64,000 bases of DNA from an uncultured Verrucomicrobiae bacterium (GTDB lineage Bacteria > Verrucomicrobiota > Verrucomicrobiia > Limisphaerales > Palsa-1400). Below, piece after piece: positions 19,760-31,841 of the stretch (positions within the stretch are counted from its first letter, which is position 1; each line of letters opens with the position of its first letter). The stretch spans positions 96,001 to 160,000 of the forward strand of contig CAVPOM010000008.1 in the NCBI GenBank assembly GCA_963707025.1, in the 5' to 3' direction. Under the pieces are notes generated by a model that was given only the letters and a program-made list of their open reading frames with translations, was not told the origin of the DNA and did no database searches. The position numbers and the translations under genes were made by a program.

Positions 19760-21244
19760 ATGATAAAGCACGAAACCAGTTCGCTGGGAACGAAACTCGC
19801 ACCCATTCTGGGTAGTGGATTCTTTCGTCCTCTGACTCGACCGACCGCTCCGATCTATATCAATTGTGCGGAGCGCCTCGTTGAGGCCGCCGATGAGGGG
19901 GGACAGGTGGCGCACGCTGGGGCGCGCCTGCTCATCCGCGAAGTGCTGACAAATCACCCTGATGTTCAACTTGACGACGACGAAGGCGGGCAGCTCCGTG
20001 ATCTGAATCAACGGGCTGCCCAGTTTTTCAACAAACTCATCGAAGCGCATTGGCTCGAACCACGCCGCTTAAGTCTGGATGAGCACTTTGTTCTCATCAC
20101 TCCACAACTGCGACGGCTCCTGCGTCTGCTGCGCGAACTCGCGGAAGACCGTCCGGCCGAACTCAAGGACTTTGCCGCCACTCTTCGTTCGCTTTGCCGC
20201 GATTTGTTGAGGGAGGGTGCGCTGGATCCAAACAGGCTTGGTCCCGAGGAAATGCGCCAGACCGTGAAGGACCTGCTCGAACGTGCCGGCCGCGCCGATG
20301 ACCAGATGCACGCCGTGGAGAGCCTCATCCTTCAGCAGGAAACTGCCCAGCGCGCCAGTGGATCGGCGCAGGAGACGTTGCAGCGATTTCTCGTGGAATT
20401 CCACGCCGGCGAACACATGGTCTGCTACGACGCATTGCAGGAAGCCGGCCTGTTGCCGCGGTTGAATCAGGCGCGTTCAGTCGTGCAGGAGGCCCTGTAC
20501 GATCCGTTCACCAAACAGCGTCTGGCCGAAGGCCTCGCGAAACACCTCGAACTCGACCCATCTGTCGCGTATGTCGAGGCCGAACGCTGGATGGTCCGGT
20601 TGGAACGTCAGCTCGCGGCGATTCCCGTAAAGCAGCGGCTGATTGACGGACGCATGTCAGACTTCGCCAGGCTCTCGGATGCCCGCTACCGTTACCAAAC
20701 TGAAATGCGCGGACGCCGTCCGGAACAGGTGAAGGCGTATCTCGACGCAGCCGCCCGTCTCCATGCCGGCAAATCCTTCGGTGACCTCGCCAGCGAACCT
20801 GGCATGACGCTTCTGTCACCGACGGTCGAAGTTTTCTTTGGCTCGGATTCTCTCTCCCGCGCCCGCCGCCAGCGCGCGATGGTTGACCTGACCCTTGAAG
20901 CACCACCCACAGGTGCGGATTCCGAAGCCGCCAATGACGAAATTCGCCGGCGCAATTTAAACGTTCTCAATCCACAGCGGGCTGCGCGATTCATCGAAAA
21001 GCATTTGGCAGCGAAAGGCGCTCGAATTTCGACCGAACAGTTGCATGTGCTGACCGAAGACGACTTCCTCGACTTGCTCGCCGTTCTCGCCTTTGATCGC
21101 GGGCCGGCGGGTGCCTCACACCGCACCATTCGCTGGCGCATCCACTCTGCCAGAGCAGATCTCGGCACGGAGCCCGAGCGCATCCCGCGCGACGCCGAGG
21201 CTGACCGCCTCGTCGAACGCTTCATTCTTGAAAGGACTTCCTGA
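19760..21244 (+). CDS. jetA: Wadjet subunit JetA (MukF/kleisin-like)
   Basis: FFRPLT....IY..C N-terminus, helical 494 aa, first gene of a tightly coupled four-gene SMC operon. Confidence 0.78.
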   Translation: MIKHETSSLGTKLAPILGSGFFRPLTRPTAPIYINCAERLVEAADEGGQVAHAGARLLIREVLTNHPDVQLDDDEGGQLRDLNQRAAQFFNKLIEAHWLEPRRLSLDEHFVLITPQLRRLLRLLRELAEDRPAELKDFAATLRSLCRDLLREGALDPNRLGPEEMRQTVKDLLERAGRADDQMHAVESLILQQETAQRASGSAQETLQRFLVEFHAGEHMVCYDALQEAGLLPRLNQARSVVQEALYDPFTKQRLAEGLAKHLELDPSVAYVEAERWMVRLERQLAAIPVKQRLIDGRMSDFARLSDARYRYQTEMRGRRPEQVKAYLDAAARLHAGKSFGDLASEPGMTLLSPTVEVFFGSDSLSRARRQRAMVDLTLEAPPTGADSEAANDEIRRRNLNVLNPQRAARFIEKHLAAKGARISTEQLHVLTEDDFLDLLAVLAFDRGPAGASHRTIRWRIHSARADLGTEPERIPRDAEADRLVERFILERTS

Positions 21245-21245
21245 C

Positions 21246-21881
21246 ATGCCTCTCCCCTGGCCAACATTCTGGCAGCATATTCGGGTGGAAGATCGCGCTG
21301 CGCTTTCTGATGTGCTCACCGAACTGCTCGCTCACGGCGCGTTGCTTGGCGATGGCGGCCGTGACCACGAACTCTACATGGTGGCCCGGGAATATCAGCG
21401 TGAAATTGGCGAATACCTCGCGCCGTTGCATCTTGAATTGGTGCCTGACCCCGACCGGCCTATTTTCCAGGTCCGCCCTGTGCCCGGCGATTGCGGCCTT
21501 ATGGCGCGATTCAATAAAGCCGAGACGTTGCTTGTTCTGACGCTCTGGCGGATCTATCACGATGCGCGTATGGAGCGGACGGTTGAGACCGTGGTCGTCA
21601 GCGCCAACGACATCTGGCAGCGGCTCAAGCTCTACTTTGAACAGGTGGACCTGCCCACTGCCTCGCAACTCCGTGACATGCTCGGCAAGCTGCGCAATCA
21701 ACGGCTTGTGCGTTTGCAATGGCACGAGGATCCGAATCAGTTTGGCGAATCTCAGGTGGAAATCCTGCCCACGCTGGCACGAGCGATTCCATTCGAGAAC
21801 GAGTCCGCTTGGGAACAGCAGGCTGCATTGTATCAGCAGCCAGACGCCGAAACCGAGGAGAAGAAGGAGGAAGCGCCGTGA
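21246..21881 (+). CDS. jetB: Wadjet subunit JetB (DUF4194-like)
   Basis: EYLAPLHLEL, ETLLVLTLWRIY, EILPTL; lies between JetA and the SMC gene. Confidence 0.8.
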   Translation: MPLPWPTFWQHIRVEDRAALSDVLTELLAHGALLGDGGRDHELYMVAREYQREIGEYLAPLHLELVPDPDRPIFQVRPVPGDCGLMARFNKAETLLVLTLWRIYHDARMERTVETVVVSANDIWQRLKLYFEQVDLPTASQLRDMLGKLRNQRLVRLQWHEDPNQFGESQVEILPTLARAIPFENESAWEQQAALYQQPDAETEEKKEEAP

Positions 21882-24800
21882 GCCAGCGCATTTCTCTCAC
21901 ACGCATCATCGCCATCAACTGGTATGGCTTCCGCCAGATTTTCGACGTGGACGATAATGTCCTTATCTCGGGCGCGTTCGGCACCGGCAAATCGGCATTG
22001 CTCGATCTGATGCAATACGTCCTGCTCGGTGAACACTGGCGGGCAAATCGGGCCGCCACGGGCAATGCGCGCGGACGAGATCTCGTGGGCTATTGCCTCG
22101 GCGACACCAATCAGGCGGGCAAAGATGGCGGCCGTCACTTCCTGCGCCGAGGCGGCGTTACCCTCGTCGCGCTGGAGTTCACGCGCCCTTCCAGTCGTTC
22201 CGGCAAAGGCTCTGATCGGGAGACATGGGGCGTCCGTCTCGAATATTCCAGTCCGGACGCAAGGCCAAAACACACGTATTTTTTCATTCCCTCACGGCTC
22301 GAATATGCCGACATCGCGCCGAACGGCAAGATGTTGGGCGAGGATGAATTCAAGACTTGGATTCGACGAGAGGCTTTCACCGACTTTCTCATCACGGAGC
22401 GCCAGGGCGACTATTTGAAGGAGATGGCAACCCCGCGCCATCTCAATTTCGATGACACTGCCTTTCATCGCACTTTTCCGAAGGCCATAGCTTTTGAATT
22501 GGAGGAGAACGTGGAACGGTTCATCCGTGAGTTCATCCTGGAGGAAAGCCCACTGGACGTTCCGCGCGGTCCGCGACGCGCTGCGCGCCTATGAAGATAC
22601 CCGCAAGCGGTTGGAGACGCAGGAGGATGAAGCGGCGTTTCTCCGGCGCATAGGGGAGCAGCACGCGCTTTACGAAACCAACCGGCGCGAAGAGGCGATC
22701 CACCAGCACACCGCCCATGCGCTTAAGCTCCTGCAGGCAGAGGAGCGCCGCGAACGCCACGCCGCCGATTTGAAGCGACTCGAAGAATCCAACGCGGACG
22801 ACCTCAAAAACTTGAGCAAGGCGACAGAGGAAGCTGCACAAGTCGGCAAACTTCTCAACGAAGTCCGGTTCCAAGTCGGCAAGGACCCTGAAGCTGTCAA
22901 AATCAACGAATTAGATCGTCAGAAATTGGAGCTTCAACAAGCTGTGCAAGCGCTGCAGGAGGCTCGAAAGTCCGCACGCCAGCGGCTTGACGATCGGCAT
23001 TATCGTTGGATGCAGTGGCTCAAACATGGCGCCGCCTTGCCGCTGGCTAATTTGAAGGAATTGCTCGTCGTGGACGATAGCCTGTTGGCGAATCTACGCT
23101 CCGGAACAGATGCAGAGCGACTCGCGGCGCTCCAAAAACTCGCGGAGCGATTCAATGAGTTGTGGAATTTAGTCCGGGATCTGACCCGTCCGCTGGAAGA
23201 GGAAATCAAGACCGCCAAGAACCGGCTCCAGCAGTTGGCGGAGGATTTGGAGAACCTTTCCAAGGGCCAGTCACCCGGCGCATTCCCGCTCTTTCAAGCT
23301 GTTCGCCAAAAACTCGGCAACCGCGTCGAACAGCTTGGCCGGCTCATCGAAGTGAAGCCTGAAGCGGAGCGCTGGTGGCCTGCGCTTGAACTTTTCCTAG
23401 GCCGCAATCAATTGGTCATTGTTGTGAACGATGTCGCCGATTATGGGCAGGCGCTGGAAATTCTGCGAAAGACGCCTGCGGGCCGCGAACCTGAGTCGCT
23501 GCTCAATCCCAACGAAGCCCGCCAGCTTCGTGCCGGTGCGCGCGAAGACTCGCTTTTCAGCAAAGTTGAGGTGGCGCATCCAGTCGCCCGCCATTACGTC
23601 GAGCATCTGTTGGGCGACGTGCTCTGTGTCGAGAATATCGAGGAATTGGAATCGGCCGACACAGGCCGGGCCATCACGCCTGAAGGAATCTTCAAGCAAG
23701 TGCCATTGCGTCGTCGTCTCAAGTCAGCCGCCTCCGTCGAACTCACTTTAGGCCGGCAGGGACTCGAACGGATGCGGGCCGCGAAGCAAAAAGAGCAGAT
23801 CAACACGCGGGTAGAGTTCAATGCCCTCCAACAACGGCTCAGCGACGTGCAGACATGGCTCGACAACGGTCGCAAAGGCGGTTTGGCCGACAGCACTCTG
23901 CCAGAGCGCGCCGCGGAACTGCCCCAACTGCCCCAACTTGAGGCTAATCTGGGCCGTGTGGGTGAGACCATCAAACTATTGATGACACCGGAGCGGGAGG
24001 CGCGTCAGAAACATTTGAACAGCCTTGAGAAAACCGAAAAGGAGCTTCTCGCGAAGGTCGCCGTTCTGACTGAGAGACGAAACAATTTCGAACTGACCAC
24101 ACGACCCGAACGCGAGGGATTGGCGCGGGCGGAACAAGACTCGAAAGATGCGCGATTGGAAGTCGAAGCCAGCCGCGTCGAACTCAGCCGCCGCTGTAGT
24201 GGGATCCTTGACGGCGAACTCACAGAGCGGCGCGATCAATTCCACTCTGAATTTCCGAAATGGACGGAATGCTTTTCCAAGGTGGCCGAAGCGTCCGCCC
24301 AAGCCGGACAAATCGCCGTGGCGGCTCGGGCGCAGCGAAATGGTGAACGAGAGAAGCTGGCTACCATCCGTGACGAGCAGGGGAACCTCCGCCATCCCGA
24401 ATACCAGGGCGAATTCACGATTGACGATGAAAGTAACGAGGGCTGGTCAGCGCGGCTGCGCGTTTTGGAAGCCGTCGAGTTGGAGAAATCCCGCCAGCTT
24501 GCCGCCGACCGAAAACGAGAGTGGGAGCGCCGGCTGGAAGAGAACGTCCTCAACGAACTGAACCGGCGCATCACCGACGCGCAAAACACGGTTCGTCTGC
24601 TGGACCGTTACCTGAGCCAGCCGGTCGGCAAATTTCGCTACCGGCTCAGTCAGCGGAGAGATTCCGCCGGCTACGGAGCGATCTGGCGATTGCTCGATTC
24701 CGGGCTGGAACCGACCGATCCGTTGACCGCAGCCATCCAGGAAACGGAAATTCAGCACGCCAAAGATGAGTTGATGAAGGCAGTTGACGGAACCGAGCGC

Positions 24801-25295
24801 AAAGATCCCGAGCAGGATGCGCGCGCATTGCGCCTGCTGGACTACCGGAACTATCACCGCTACGACTTGGAAATGGTGCCCGCCGACAAGCCCGAGTCGC
24901 CGCCGATTTCGCTTGGCCGCAGCGGCCGCAACCTGAGCGGCGGCGAGGGGCAGGCCCCTTTCTTCATCTCAATGCTCGCGGCGTTTCGGCGGGTATATGA
25001 TCGTGGCGACCGCACCTCCGTTCGCTCGCAACAAATTGGTTTAGTCGTCATGGATGAAGCCTTTTCCAAACTTTCCAGCGACGGCATCGAAGACTGCCTG
25101 GCGCTGGCGCGCAGCTTCCAGTTGCAGCTCGTGATGGCTTTCCCGCCAGAGCGCCTCGGAGTGATGGTGCCGCACGCGGAAACCGTCGTGATGTGTCAAA
25201 AGGAGGTCGAGCGCGATGCGGAAGGATACGTCACAAAAATAACCAACATTCCGATGCTCACCACAATGGCCGAGGCCATTGAAGCCCTCTCCTGA
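21878..25295 (+). CDS. jetC: Wadjet SMC-like ATPase JetC (frameshift near 22560)
   Basis: LTRIIAINWY, Walker A GAFGTGKS, long coiled coils, signature LSGGE, Walker B VMDEAF. Confidence 0.9.
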
Positions 25296-25296
25296 C

Positions 25297-26408
25297 ATGA
25301 ACCCTGCTGACTCGCCAAGCGCCTGCGAACTGTTCTCCCAGTGGCAGCGCGCCCGCGGCGGGCGCGCGGAGCCGGCTTCACGTCCATTCTCGCGTGGTTG
25401 GGAAGACCTGCTCGAAGACGCGCGGCTTGTGTCCGCAACCGAGAGGGGGGAAGCCGAGCATGACGTGAGAATGCTCGAAACAAACGGCTGGCTCGAATTG
25501 AAATCAGTGCGGTACAAGTCACACCTGATTGATCGCGTTGTCATTCCACTCGATGCCGAGTTGCGCTGGTGCGAGGCATTCGGTTTTGTGGTTTCGTCCG
25601 ACGAAGAAAGTCGCCAGGTTCGTGAATTTCCGTGGGAGCCTGAACTGTCGTTCTTGCGCGAAGCAAGGTTGAATCTTTCCTTCGCCGAACTGTGCCGGGT
25701 GAACCAGTTTATAAAGGATCGTGGCCGCGAGCGACCGATTGTACCCATCAAGGAACGGTCGCTTCAGATTTTCGGGGACGAAAAACGACTGGACACCCTT
25801 CTATCCTCGGCGCTTTTCCGCTCTGACCGGCTCAATCTGGCAAAGAATTTGTTGTGTGAGATCATTGGGGTGCCACTTGCCTGGAAACGCGGTCCGTCAG
25901 CGGCATCCATGCAGCCGGTCATCGCTATCGAGAACGCTGCGACCTGGCACTCCTACTGTCGTTGGAACGTAGAGAGGAATCTGTTCAGCGCTGTTGTTTA
26001 TGGCGATGGCAATCGTTTCGTTGATGGCATCCGTTATTTGAGGGATCTTTTCACTGAACTCGGGGGCCTCGCTGCGTGTTATACTTTGGCGACCTCGACC
26101 CCCAAGGTTTGGTGATTCCGCAGGAAGCGTCTGCTCGCGCCCGGGCTGCTGGTCTGCCTGCGATTGAGCCTCATCTGTGGAGTTATCGCCAGTTGTTGAC
26201 TTTGGGTGTCGGGTGCAGTCAGCCCTGGAAAGGTGAGCAGCCATCGTCCACGCTCTGCGATTGGCTGGGATCCTGTGCGGAACCGACGCGTCAGCTTTTT
26301 GCCGCCGGGCACCGTTTGGCACAGGAGCATGTGGGTTGGGAGTTTCTCCTATCCAACAAACCTTTCCCAGAGAACGTTATGACGCATCCGGAAAGGCCTG
26401 AACAGTGA
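25297..26408 (+). CDS. jetD: Wadjet Toprim nuclease JetD (frameshift near 26072)
   Basis: KERSLQIFGDEKRLD, IENAATWHSY, YGDGN, then YFGDLDPQG...EQ-like tail in the next frame. Confidence 0.88.
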
Positions 26409-28280
26409 CGACCCTTCGGAAACAGCACCGTATTGGGGACCGTTGTCCTCCTCTTGGCGTATTCGCGCGCGCAGGCGCTCGACAGTCAACTGGCGCTGAC
26501 GAACGCGACCTTGGTGGTGAGCGTGAACACCTCCAATGCCACATTCTCGGTGCTCGACCGGCGGACGGGACGTCTCTGGACCCAGCGGGCCGTTCCGGTG
26601 GAGGTCGCTGTCACAGAAGCGCGTTTGGAATCCAACGAGATTGACCTGGGGCTGCGCCTTGTCCCGTCGGGTTTGGTCCTGAAAGCGCGCATTGTGCTCG
26701 AGGCGGCCAAGCCGAAGTTCACCTTCAGCCTGATTGGGGAGGGTGCCTTGTCCCGCCCGGTGCGTTATCCTTATCCCTTTGCGACTGAGCCATCAGACCG
26801 GTTGGTGGTGCCGATGAATGAGGGGATTTCTTTTCCAGTCGAGGACAAATCCATCGAAACCTTTCGTTTGATTGCCTACGGCGGGCATGGGATTTGCATG
26901 GCGTTCTGGGGAGTGACCGATGACCGGCAGGGACACGCTGTTATCATCGAGACGCCCGACGATGCCGCCATCCACCTGGTGCGCCTTGAGGATCGTCTGG
27001 CAGTTGCGCCGGAATGGGATACGCAGAAGGGGCAGTTCGGTTACGCGCGACGGCTGCGATATGTTTTCTTCGACGGCGGCGGGCATGTGGCCACTGCCAA
27101 ACGATACCGGGAATATGTGCGGCAGAAGGGCCTCCTGAAAACCCTGGCAGAAAAGCGTGGCGAGAATCCCAACGTGGATCTTCTGGTCGGCGCGGTCAAC
27201 ATCTGGAACTGGGACGCCGACCCGGTGCAGTTGGCCACACAAATGCGGTCGGCTGGCATTGAGCGGATCCTCTGGAGCCGCGGCGGTTCGGGGAATGCGC
27301 TCCGCAGTTTGAACGACATGAAAGTGCTCACCAGCCGCTACGACATCTACCAGGACACGATGAATCCGTCCAATTTCCCATTTCTGGCCGGAATTCACCC
27401 GGACTGGACGACCGCCGGGTGGCCTGCCGACATTATTCGTCAGGCCAACGGCGACTGGCGGCATGGTTGGGGAGTCAAAGGCACCAATGGCATCATGTAC
27501 GATTGCGGTGTTCTCTGCGACAGCCGGGCGCTGGACTACGCCCGGGCGCGCATCCCGGCGGAGCTGGCGACGCGCCCTTACCTCTGCCGCTTCATCGACA
27601 CCACCACCGCCTCACCGTGGAACGAGTGCTACGATCCTCATCACCCGATGACCCGGACCGAGAGCCGGGAATGGAAGATGAAGCTGCTGGATTATGTCTC
27701 GCACGACTGCAAACTGGTCACCGGCAGCGAGACCGGCCACGATGCGGCGGTGCCGTTCGTGGATTATTTCGAAGGGATGCTCAGCCTTGGCCCATACCGC
27801 GTGCCTGACGCCGGGCGGGACATGAAGCGCATTTGGGATGACCCTCCCGAACGCGTCGCCAAGTTCCAGCTTGGCCAGGCGTATCGTTTGCCCCTCTGGG
27901 AGCTGGTTTATCATGATTGCGTCGTGGCACAGTGGTATTGGGGCGACTACAACAACAAATTGCCGGCGCTGTGGGACAAGCGTGACCTGTTCAACGTCCT
28001 TTACGGCACGCCGCCCATGTTTATGTTCGACAAGAAACTCTGGGAGGCTCAGAAAGCGAGGTTCGTGCAAAGTTACACCAACACCTGTCCTTACGTTCGG
28101 GCCGCAGGTTATTCCGAAATGACCGACCACCGCATTCTGACGGCGGATCGCAACGTCCAGCAGACGGTCTTTGCCAATGGTGTCATGATCACCGTCAACT
28201 TCGGGACCACACCGTTTCGTCTGGGTTCCGGAGAGAACCTGCCGCCGGGCGGATTTCGCGCAGATGGAATGCCAAAATAA
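26405..28280 (+). CDS. Secreted glycoside hydrolase, GH129/GH101-like (start uncertain; possible frameshift near 26430)
   Basis: Signal-like VVLLLAYSRAQA; GHGICMAFWG, AKRYREY, SRYDIYQD, FIDTTTA, GSETGHD, PLWELVYHDC. Confidence 0.65.
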
Positions 28281-28287
28281 AGGAGAC

Positions 28288-30586
28288 ATGAAATCCTTGA
28301 CCTCTGGTTCATATTTGAAGGTCCTTTCGTTCTGGTTTTGCCTGCTCGGCGGACTCCTCCCGGCCAACTTGCCGGCCCAGTCGGCTCCCTGGCAACCCAT
28401 CGGCATCTCGGGTGGCGGTGGCATGTTCACGCCCGCGATTTCTCCGGCGGACCCAAATTTGATGATGCTGAACTGCGACATGAGCGCCGCCTACATCTCG
28501 GAAGACGGCGGCCGCAACTGGCGCATGATCGCCCACGCCCAACTGCGCAGCGATACCGTCTGCCGTCCGGCATTTCACCCGGCCGATTCAAACGTCCTCT
28601 ACGCCTCCTCCGGCGGACGGCTCAAAATCAGCCGTGACCGGGGCAAAACCTTCGCGCCCCTCGGCAATCTCAGGGATTCCCTGGGCGGAGAGATCGCCAT
28701 CAATCCGTCGGACGCAAAGATCATTCTGGCCGGCTCGCGCAGTGGCCGCTGCTGGCTCTCGCGCGATGCGGGGGAAACGTGGGCGGCGTGCCAGGGGCCG
28801 GCAGGCCAGGTGATCGCCTTTCACTTTGACCGCACCCGGCAAGGCCGCTCGATGTTCGCCGCCACGGACAGAGGCATCTGGCGATCCGACGACGGCGGGC
28901 AAACGTGGGCGGAGAAAACCCAGGGCCTGCCATGGAAGGAGATTCAAGGTTTCGCCGGCGGCTCGGACGCTGGCGGGGAATCTCGTCATGCTGTACTGCT
29001 CCATCCGAAGCAAGGACGAGAACGGCGTGTTCACGGGCGGCCTCTACCGCTCGCGGGACCGGGGCGAAACCTGGGAATCAGCGATGGGCCAGGGCCTCAA
29101 CACTGAGACGAAGACAGCCGACCAGTGGGCCTACGGTTCCATTTCGCAATACTACCAACTGCTCGCGACCGACGCGAAGCCGCTCACCGTTTATGCCTTC
29201 AACACCAGCACCGGCTTCAGTCCGCCGCACAGCGACACGGTGTATCGCAGCGACGACGGCGGCGAAACGTGGCGCGCGACTTACTTCCAGGACCCGCGTT
29301 TCAAGAATTACAACGTCGCGCCCGGATTGGGAAACCGCCTCGTGCGGGCAATGCTTCAAGGGCGGCGAGACACCCTTCGGCGTGGCCATCTGCAACACCG
29401 ATCCCAACCGGGTGATCCTCGTGCGCAACGAGCCGCACATCACCCATGACGGAGGCGCGGCGTGGTTCGGCGGGCACACTTATCCCGCGCCCGGCCAGAA
29501 GCCCGGCCCGCGCTCCGCCTGGGTTTGCAACGGCCTGGTCGTCACCACCACCTGGCATTTCTACATTGATCCGTTCGAACCGAACCGCCACTACATATGC
29601 TACACCGACATCGGGCTGGCCCGCTCCACCGACGCCGGCCAGAGCTGGATTTGGTGGGACCCGAAGTCGTGGTCGCCGTGGCGGAACACCTGTTACGAGA
29701 TGGCGTTTGATCCCGAGACGCCCGGCAAAATTTGGGGCGCGTTCTCCGACGTGCATGACATCCCGAACGACAACATCATCACCGAGCGCCACGGCCATCA
29801 GGGTCCCGGCGGCGTCTGCCTCTCGACCAGACTTCGGCGTGTCGTGGAAAAGCCAAACGGAAGGGCTGCCGCGCAAACCGGTGACCTCCATCGTGCTTGA
29901 TCCGGCGAGTCCGAAGAACGCGCGCACGCTCTACGCCGGCGTGTTTGACGAAGGCGTCTTCAAGTCCACCGATGACGGAAAGACATGGGTGCTGAAGAAA
30001 ACCGGCCTGGGGCATCCCGACAACATGCGCGTCTATCGGGTGATTCTCCACCGCGACGGCACGCTTTTCGCCGTCATCTGCGCCAAGCGGCCCGCCTCCG
30101 GCCAACCGCTCATGCCCGAAGGCGTCGGCCTCTATCGTTCCAAAGACGGGGCGGAACTTGGGAGAAGATCAACGCCTCCACGACCGCTGCTCTACCCCAA
30201 GGACTTCTCCGTCGATCCCCGCAACAGCCGCCGAATCCTGCTGGGCGCGGCGGACGCTGGCCGCGAGCGACCAATCCGGCGGCCTCTACCTCACCGAGGA
30301 CGGCGGCCAAACCTGGCAGCGCATCGGCCGCCAAGGGCCGCAGACTTTCGGCGGCTATTTCCATCCCAAGCACGACGGCTGGATTTATATGACCCTGACC
30401 GAAGACGCGCCCGGGGCGGGCCTGTGGCTCTCGCGCGACAACGGGAAGAGCTGGCGGGCGTTCGATGAACTGCCGTTCTCGAACATCCAGCGTGTCGAGT
30501 TCGATCCGGCCAACGATGCCATAATCCATGTGACGACCTTCGGCGGCAGCGTGTGGCGCGGGCCAGCGACACCGGCCGGACAATGA
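28288..30586 (+). CDS. Secreted BNR/Asp-box beta-propeller protein (GH74/sialidase-like), several frameshifts
   Basis: AGGAG RBS and signal peptide; repeated S.D.G.TW boxes (SEDGGRNW, SRDAGETW, SDDGGQTW, STDDGKTW, SRDNGKSW); ends TTFGGSVWRG. Confidence 0.8.
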
Positions 30587-30838
30587 ATGAGTCGTCTCCG
30601 TCCATGGCTGTTTCTCCGTGGCCAGTCCGAAAGGTGCGGCAGACGCGGGGGGCATGCAGTGTAGCCGAGCCGTCACGACGGCATTTCACCAGCCGGACGT
30701 TGGCCGGGCGGAACGCCTCAACAAACCCCATGCGGGGACGTCCACTTAACCGGATTTGCCCAACCGTTTTGTCGCAAACAAGGCAAATGGATTGGTTGCG
30801 AATCAGACCCCACAATGCTATTTCTAAGCGAAGAAAAG

Positions 30839-31819
30839 ATGCCGCGCTCTGATTTATTGCTCTCTCTCGTTCGCGCCAGCAGGCGCGGCGACCGGAGCCT
30901 GCTCCAAAAAACGGTGGAGGCAATCGCCGCCGAAGAGCGGGCGAAGAAGCACCATGTCTTGGCGGACCAACTCATCGGGCTCCTCAAAGAGAGCGATGAC
31001 ACCGTCGTTCCGGACAATCAACCGAAATTCAACGGTGCTCTTCACGGACCACTTTGGTATGAAATGTTGCCCTCACGCAGCCTGTCCTCCCTGGTTCTCC
31101 CTGACTCGGTGACGGTTGGCTGCACCGAGTTGGTGGAGGAACAAATGCGGTCCGAGCTCCTTCGCTCGCACGGATTGGAGCCACGGAACAGGGTCCTCTT
31201 AACCGGCCCACCGGGAAATGGCAAGACCGCGTTGGCCGAAGCACTCGCCGAAGGGATGACCGTGCCCCTCGTCATCGTGCGTTACGAATCCATCATCGGA
31301 AGTTATCTCGGCGAGACTTCCTCTCGACTGAGCAAACTTTTCGATTATGTGCGGGGGCGTCATTGCGTGCTCTTCCTGGATGAATTTGACACTTTGGGAA
31401 AAGAACGAGGTGATGAGCGAGAAACGGGCGAGATTAAGCGGGTCGTCAGCACACTTTTGCTTCAGGTGGATGCAATACCAACGCATGTCGTGGTTGTGGC
31501 TGCCACAAACCACCACGAAACTCTGGACCGGGCAGTTTGGCGACGGTTCCAACTGCGCCTCGCACTCCCCGCCCCATCGCTCGAACAAGCGACCACTTGG
31601 ATCGAACGGGAGGTGAAACGATTTAATTGGGACACCGGATTTGCAGCCAAAACACTCGCGACGAAACTCGCAGCCTCAAGTTTCTCAGAACTGGAGGACT
31701 TCTGCCTGGACGTGCAGCGTCGCATTGTGTTAGCACAAGGAGAACTCAAGACCACTGAAATAATTGCAACACGTTTAGCCTACTGGTCGCAGCGCGTGAA
31801 ACCGAAAGACCCACGCTAA
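30839..31819 (+). CDS. ietA: AAA+ ATPase of an IetAS-like system
   Basis: GPPGNGKT, SYLGETS, FLDEFD, GEIKRVV, AATNH..LDRAVWRRF; directly upstream of an S8 protease. Confidence 0.85.
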   Translation: MPRSDLLLSLVRASRRGDRSLLQKTVEAIAAEERAKKHHVLADQLIGLLKESDDTVVPDNQPKFNGALHGPLWYEMLPSRSLSSLVLPDSVTVGCTELVEEQMRSELLRSHGLEPRNRVLLTGPPGNGKTALAEALAEGMTVPLVIVRYESIIGSYLGETSSRLSKLFDYVRGRHCVLFLDEFDTLGKERGDERETGEIKRVVSTLLLQVDAIPTHVVVVAATNHHETLDRAVWRRFQLRLALPAPSLEQATTWIEREVKRFNWDTGFAAKTLATKLAASSFSELEDFCLDVQRRIVLAQGELKTTEIIATRLAYWSQRVKPKDPR

Positions 31820-31841
31820 CATTTTGCCAACACCGGCCATC

